This document shows positions 35,949 to 39,671 of a stretch of DNA of 39,671 nucleotides, one piece after another. Where the stretch lies: NCBI GenBank assembly GCA_031421975.1, contig JANOPT010000035.1, forward strand, positions 1 through 39,671, read 5' to 3'. Numbering within the stretch: the first letter of the stretch is position 1; each line of letters starts with the position of its first letter. The stretch comes from Sphingomonadales bacterium. Its GTDB lineage: Bacteria > Pseudomonadota > Alphaproteobacteria > Sphingomonadales > Sphingomonadaceae. The position numbers and the translations under genes were made by a program. The notes under the pieces were generated by a model. The model worked only from the letters and a program-made list of their open reading frames with translations. It was not told the origin of the DNA and searched no databases.

Positions 35949-36755
35949 ATGGCTAGCATAGCAAGCTTGTCCAAAACGCCGAAATGGCGATTGGATGAGG
36001 AAACCCTGGAACGGGTCACCATCCGCAGCGTGGATGATATCCGCGCCGCCGCTATTGCGCTTAACGACGCTGCGCACGAATGCGGGTTCCGGATCGCGGT
36101 AGCGGCTGACATAGCTTCCAAGGAACCGATGCTGGACGCCGACGGCGGTATATTAAACGCGGAAATATTCGGCTGGGTGGCCGATGGCGAGCGCTGGTGG
36201 GAGGATACCCGTCTCGCGCTCAAATCCTTTTTGCCGCGGGCCTGCCGTTATGAAAGCGAGCCGTTCTGGTATAATGACGACGGGTTCAAGACGCTTTGGC
36301 GGAACAAATATCTCGAGGGCATTGCGATCAAGGATTTCAAGAGCCCGCACACCACCCGATCGGCTATTCTGATCCCGGTTCATCTTTCCTTCGGTCAAAT
36401 CGGCGCGGTCAGCCTGACGCCTCTTGATAAGGAGAGGTCTGACCTGAGCGAGCCATTTCATCTATATTCCGACAGCATGGGCCTATTGGTGCGCCGCTTT
36501 GTTGCGGGCTATGTTGCGGCGGTGCGGACGCAGCAATGGATACCCAGCAACTGCTCATTGTCGAAACGCGAGGTCGAGTGTTTGCGTTGGGCCGCGATTG
36601 GCAAAACCGATAACGATATCAGTGCGATTCTGTCATTGAGTCACGCAACGGTGCGCTATCATGTCCAGCGTGCGGGGGAAAAACTCAATGCCGTGAACCG
36701 CAGTCAGGCGGTTTTCAAGGCGGGGCAGCTGGGCTTTTTGGGCGCAGCCTCCTAG
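35949..36755 (+). CDS. LuxR-family regulator (autoinducer-binding-like N-domain plus LuxR HTH); no luxI in the window
   Basis: AGGAG RBS. LSKREVECLRWAAIGKTDNDISAILSLSHATVRYHV...KLNAVNRSQA; PFW in the sensor domain. Confidence 0.92.
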   Translation: MASIASLSKTPKWRLDEETLERVTIRSVDDIRAAAIALNDAAHECGFRIAVAADIASKEPMLDADGGILNAEIFGWVADGERWWEDTRLALKSFLPRACRYESEPFWYNDDGFKTLWRNKYLEGIAIKDFKSPHTTRSAILIPVHLSFGQIGAVSLTPLDKERSDLSEPFHLYSDSMGLLVRRFVAGYVAAVRTQQWIPSNCSLSKREVECLRWAAIGKTDNDISAILSLSHATVRYHVQRAGEKLNAVNRSQAVFKAGQLGFLGAAS

Positions 36756-37270
36756 CCCAGTTTGCGAACCGGGTCGCTGCCGTCCCAACCCACCGACGCG
36801 GCTTTTATCATCGCGAACAGGCCATCACTGCCGCTAGACATTTGCAGGATTTCAACGATGCTGCCGGGGCCGCCGCCGGTGTCGACATAGAGCACCGCGC
36901 CGTCGGGCGCGACCTTGCCTTCGACCAATATCGTGGCACCCGAATCTTCGGCAATCTGCCGCGCTTGCTGAATGTCGTCGGTCAGCACACAAGTATGATG
37001 TAGCGCACCACCCTCCTGTCCGCGATAGATGCTTGGTGCGTCATTTTCCTGCCGGATCAGCTCAACCTGCATGTCGCCCCAATAGGCGATAGCGATGGAA
37101 AACAGGCAATCGCTGGGCTCGCCCATGTAGCGCATTTCGCCGAGTTGGATATTTTCCATCAGGAAAAAGGGGCCGACCGCCATCGTTTCGGTCCAATAGC
37201 GAATCGCGGCGTCGAAATCCTTGGGGACAAAAGCGATCTGCATCACCGGCCCGATTGCACTGATACCCAT
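36752..37270 (-). CDS. VOC (glyoxalase / methylmalonyl-CoA-epimerase-like) family protein
   Basis: AGGAG RBS and ATG at 37270. QIAFVP.DFD.AI.YW, GPF, QVELI, LHH, YVDT, IVEI. Confidence 0.88.
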   Translation of the reverse strand: MGISAIGPVMQIAFVPKDFDAAIRYWTETMAVGPFFLMENIQLGEMRYMGEPSDCLFSIAIAYWGDMQVELIRQENDAPSIYRGQEGGALHHTCVLTDDIQQARQIAEDSGATILVEGKVAPDGAVLYVDTGGGPGSIVEILQMSSGSDGLFAMIKAASVGWDGSDPVRKLG

Positions 37271-37358
37271 GCACGCTCCTATCCAATGCAACAGCTTGCA
37301 GACTTCCCCAAAGCTGACATGATACGGCCGTGTTTCCTACTGGGAGTTTTGAGAGGAA

Positions 37359-38561
37359 ATGGACAATCCAGCGCCGATAGACTGGCAAGCAAGGCGCCGG
37401 GGCATGGCCCACGATACCGTCCGGCGGATGGTGGCGCTGGTCGAAGCTAAGTCAACCGACCGCGCGGCCGGCCCGCTGCCGCTCCACAAACGGGTCTATA
37501 CCGACCCTGCCCGTCTGGCTGCTGAACAGGATAAGCTGTTTCTGGGCCAGCCCATTGTTGCCGGCCTTTCGGGTGACATTCCAAAGCCCGGCGATGTGCT
37601 TGTTTTTGATGCCGCAGGCCCATCCATCTTGGTCACCCGCAGCAAGGATGGAATCGCGCGGGCATTCCTCAACATGTGCACCCACCGCGGTGCAAAGCTG
37701 ATCGAGGAAAACGAGCCCTTTTCCGACCACCGTGCGCGGCTAACCTGCCCGTTTCACGCGTGGACATATGACCCGGCGGGAAAACTCATCGGCCAGCCGT
37801 CGAAGGAGAGTTTTGCGGGATGCTATATCGGTTCCAGAAACTTGCTCGAGCTCCCCTGCGCCGAGTATCTGGGTTTGATTTTCGTCCGGCCGGGCGGCGG
37901 CGATCCTATCGATGCCGCAGAGCATCTTGGCGAGTTGGCTGACGTGTTGAATGCCCTCGAACTGCACCGCGCAACACCCGTCAAAAAAGGCATACTGACC
38001 GCCAATTCCAACTGGAAATTTGCGCTCGATACCTATGCCGAGGGCTATCATTTCGGAACGCTGCACGCCTCGACGCTGGCGCACACCCATTATAGCGATA
38101 TTTGTGCGGTCGAACGGTTCGGACGGCACCACCGCGTTTCCTTTCCCGACAAAAGCATCGGCGCTCTGGTCGGCAAGCCGGAGGACGAATGGCCGGTGAC
38201 CGACTATGGCGGCGTCCATTATTTGTTTCCCAATACCATCATCTTCTTTGGGGCGGTTACACCTGGCGTTTACTTCACGCAGGTGTTCCGGCTGTTTCCC
38301 GATGGCGTTGGCAAAACGCGCTGCCAGTTCGCGGTCTATGCGCCGTTTGGCGTCGAGTCCGACGAGCATCTGGCGATGTGCAACATGGCTTATGACGGCA
38401 CCGCAGAGGTCGTCCAGACCGAGGACTATCGTGTCGCATCGCACGGCTATGCCAATCTGCTGACCGCACCCGACGATTTCCACGTGGTGCTCGGCTCCAA
38501 TGAAAATGCGGTGCAGGCCGTCCACCGACACATTGCCGACGCCATCGGCATGCCGCTCTAA
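37359..38561 (+). CDS. Rieske non-heme iron oxygenase, alpha subunit
   Basis: Rieske CTH...CPFH, NWK, DTYAEGYHFGTLH mononuclear-iron His pair, FPN, ED. Confidence 0.95.
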   Translation: MDNPAPIDWQARRRGMAHDTVRRMVALVEAKSTDRAAGPLPLHKRVYTDPARLAAEQDKLFLGQPIVAGLSGDIPKPGDVLVFDAAGPSILVTRSKDGIARAFLNMCTHRGAKLIEENEPFSDHRARLTCPFHAWTYDPAGKLIGQPSKESFAGCYIGSRNLLELPCAEYLGLIFVRPGGGDPIDAAEHLGELADVLNALELHRATPVKKGILTANSNWKFALDTYAEGYHFGTLHASTLAHTHYSDICAVERFGRHHRVSFPDKSIGALVGKPEDEWPVTDYGGVHYLFPNTIIFFGAVTPGVYFTQVFRLFPDGVGKTRCQFAVYAPFGVESDEHLAMCNMAYDGTAEVVQTEDYRVASHGYANLLTAPDDFHVVLGSNENAVQAVHRHIADAIGMPL

Positions 38562-38574
38562 AAAAGGTTACCGC

Positions 38575-39339
38575 ATGAAATTGACACTTCAGGGCAGAAC
38601 GCTGCTGATTACTGGCGCGTCGTCTGGCATCGGCGCGCATTTTGCGCGCGTTGCGGCAGACGCAGGGGCCAAGGTTGTGCTGTGCGCGCGGCGGACCGAC
38701 AGGCTCGACAGCATTGTTTCGGAGATCAAGGCGGGTGGAGGCGAAGCCCTCGCAGTCGAAATGGACGTTGCCGATAAGGCTTCCACTATCGCCGCTTTCG
38801 ACGCAGCCGAAGCGTCTTTTGGTCCGGTCGATAGCGTGATCGCCAATGCAGGGATGGGCACCGACAACGCCTTTTTCGATCACACCCCAGACCAGTTCGA
38901 CCAGTTGATGGCAGTCAACCTGCGCGGTGTGTTCCTGACCGTGCAGGAAGCCGCCAAACGGATGATCGCCGCTGGCAGCCGAGAGCGCGAGCATGGCCGC
39001 ATCGTCATCATTTCCTCGATTACCGCACAGGCAATAGAGCCCGGCCTTGCGCTGTATTCTGCATCGAAAGCCGCCGTTCTGCAAATGGGCAAGGTGCTCG
39101 CCCGCGACTGGGCGCGGCAGGGGATAAACGTCAACAGCGTGCTGCCCGGTTATATCGTAACCGAAATCAACGGCGACTGGTTCGTCACCGAAGGCGGGCA
39201 GAAACAGGTGCAGCGTTTTCCGCGCAAGCGAGTGATGGACATCGAGTCGCTCGATCCGACCCTGCTCTATTTATCGTCGGACGCGTCAAAATTCGTCACC
39301 GGTGTGGGCTTTACAATAGACGACGGGCAATCGCTTTAG
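38575..39339 (+). CDS. Classical short-chain dehydrogenase/reductase
   Basis: TGASSGIG, ANAG, ISS, YSASK, PG. Confidence 0.93.
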   Translation: MKLTLQGRTLLITGASSGIGAHFARVAADAGAKVVLCARRTDRLDSIVSEIKAGGGEALAVEMDVADKASTIAAFDAAEASFGPVDSVIANAGMGTDNAFFDHTPDQFDQLMAVNLRGVFLTVQEAAKRMIAAGSREREHGRIVIISSITAQAIEPGLALYSASKAAVLQMGKVLARDWARQGINVNSVLPGYIVTEINGDWFVTEGGQKQVQRFPRKRVMDIESLDPTLLYLSSDASKFVTGVGFTIDDGQSL

Positions 39340-39345
39340 GGCAAC

Positions 39346-39576
39346 TCATTCAATCGTGCCAACCAACGCGCCAACCGGATAGATTTCGCCGTCAGCGCCC
39401 AAAATGCATAGCGTGCCGTCTGCCTGCGCCTCGATCTCGACGGTCGTCTTGTCGGTTTCGAGCGTGTAGATGACATCGCCCTTGGCCACATCCTCGCCGT
39501 CACCGAACATCCATTCGGTCAGCGTCATTTCAGTGGCCGACATGCCGATCTTGGGAATGCGTATCTCGGTCCCCAT
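39346..39576 (-). CDS. Stand-alone lipoyl-carrier domain protein, 76 aa
   Basis: MGTEIRIPKIGMS...EW..GDGE.V.KGD.I..LETDK...EIEA.ADG...YPVG; the stop follows directly after the domain. Confidence 0.88.
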   Translation of the reverse strand: MGTEIRIPKIGMSATEMTLTEWMFGDGEDVAKGDVIYTLETDKTTVEIEAQADGTLCILGADGEIYPVGALVGTIE

Positions 39577-39578
39577 GC

Positions 39579-39671
39579 CTAGCGTTGCCAGCCCATCGCG
39601 GTGCGAACCGCCTGCTTGATGCCATCTTTCGACGGTATCCACGCTTGCTCAAGCGCGTTCGCCATCGGCAC
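39579..39671 (-). CDS. 3' end of a second TPP-dependent dehydrogenase E1 beta subunit (truncated by the window edge)
   Basis: Manual translation gives VPMANALEQAWIPSKDGIKQAVRTAMGWQR*, matching the C-terminus of the E1-beta at 33715 (IPFARELEKAWLPGPAEVEAAVR). Stops 2 nt before the lipoyl gene. Not in the ORF track. Confidence 0.75.
   Translation of the reverse strand: MPMANALEQAWIPSKDGIKQAVRTAMGWQR

Noticed and set aside
37740-39084. Minus-strand ORFs 37740..38531 and 38275..39084
   Set aside because: They are antisense to the Rieske oxygenase and SDR; SDR antisense ORFs are a well-known artefact.
1-39671. CRISPR arrays, tRNA/rRNA, riboswitches, anti-phage defence or toxin-antitoxin genes
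   Set aside because: I saw no regularly spaced repeats or recognisable RNA or defence signatures by eye. A covariance-model (Rfam) scan of the intergenic regions was not possible.

Overview
GC-rich alphaproteobacterial DNA. The gene content and protein styles suggest Sphingomonadaceae, which is an inference. The window has four blocks. (1) <1-493: 3' end of a phospholipase D/cardiolipin-synthase-like gene. (2) 535-15498: a complete-looking Wzx/Wzy-dependent surface-polysaccharide locus spread over several divergent units. It holds an OM beta-barrel, two GT4s, Wzy, a Wzc-type co-polymerase/tyrosine kinase, GT2, GT25, Wzx, a pyruvyltransferase, a priming phosphoglycosyltransferase, an LbH acetyltransferase and a short OPX lipoprotein. 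(3) 15650-20445: a Crp/Fnr regulator followed by three secreted-protein genes (beta/gamma-crystallin, META fusion, secretory lipase), bracketed on both sides by mosaic gene remnants (pirin; histidine kinase plus TorF porin). (4) 20571-39671: a catabolic region. It has a TetR-controlled carotenoid/stilbene cleavage dioxygenase with a TonB receptor, two CurA/PGDH-like alkene reductases, a second TonB receptor, an MFS transporter, a frameshifted NmrA-like gene, an acoABC-like TPP dehydrogenase, a LuxR solo, VOC, an orphan Rieske oxygenase, an SDR, and a stand-alone lipoyl domain downstream of a second E1-beta at the window edge. I saw no rRNA, tRNA, CRISPR array or transposase. All calls come from motif and family recognition by eye, without database searches.
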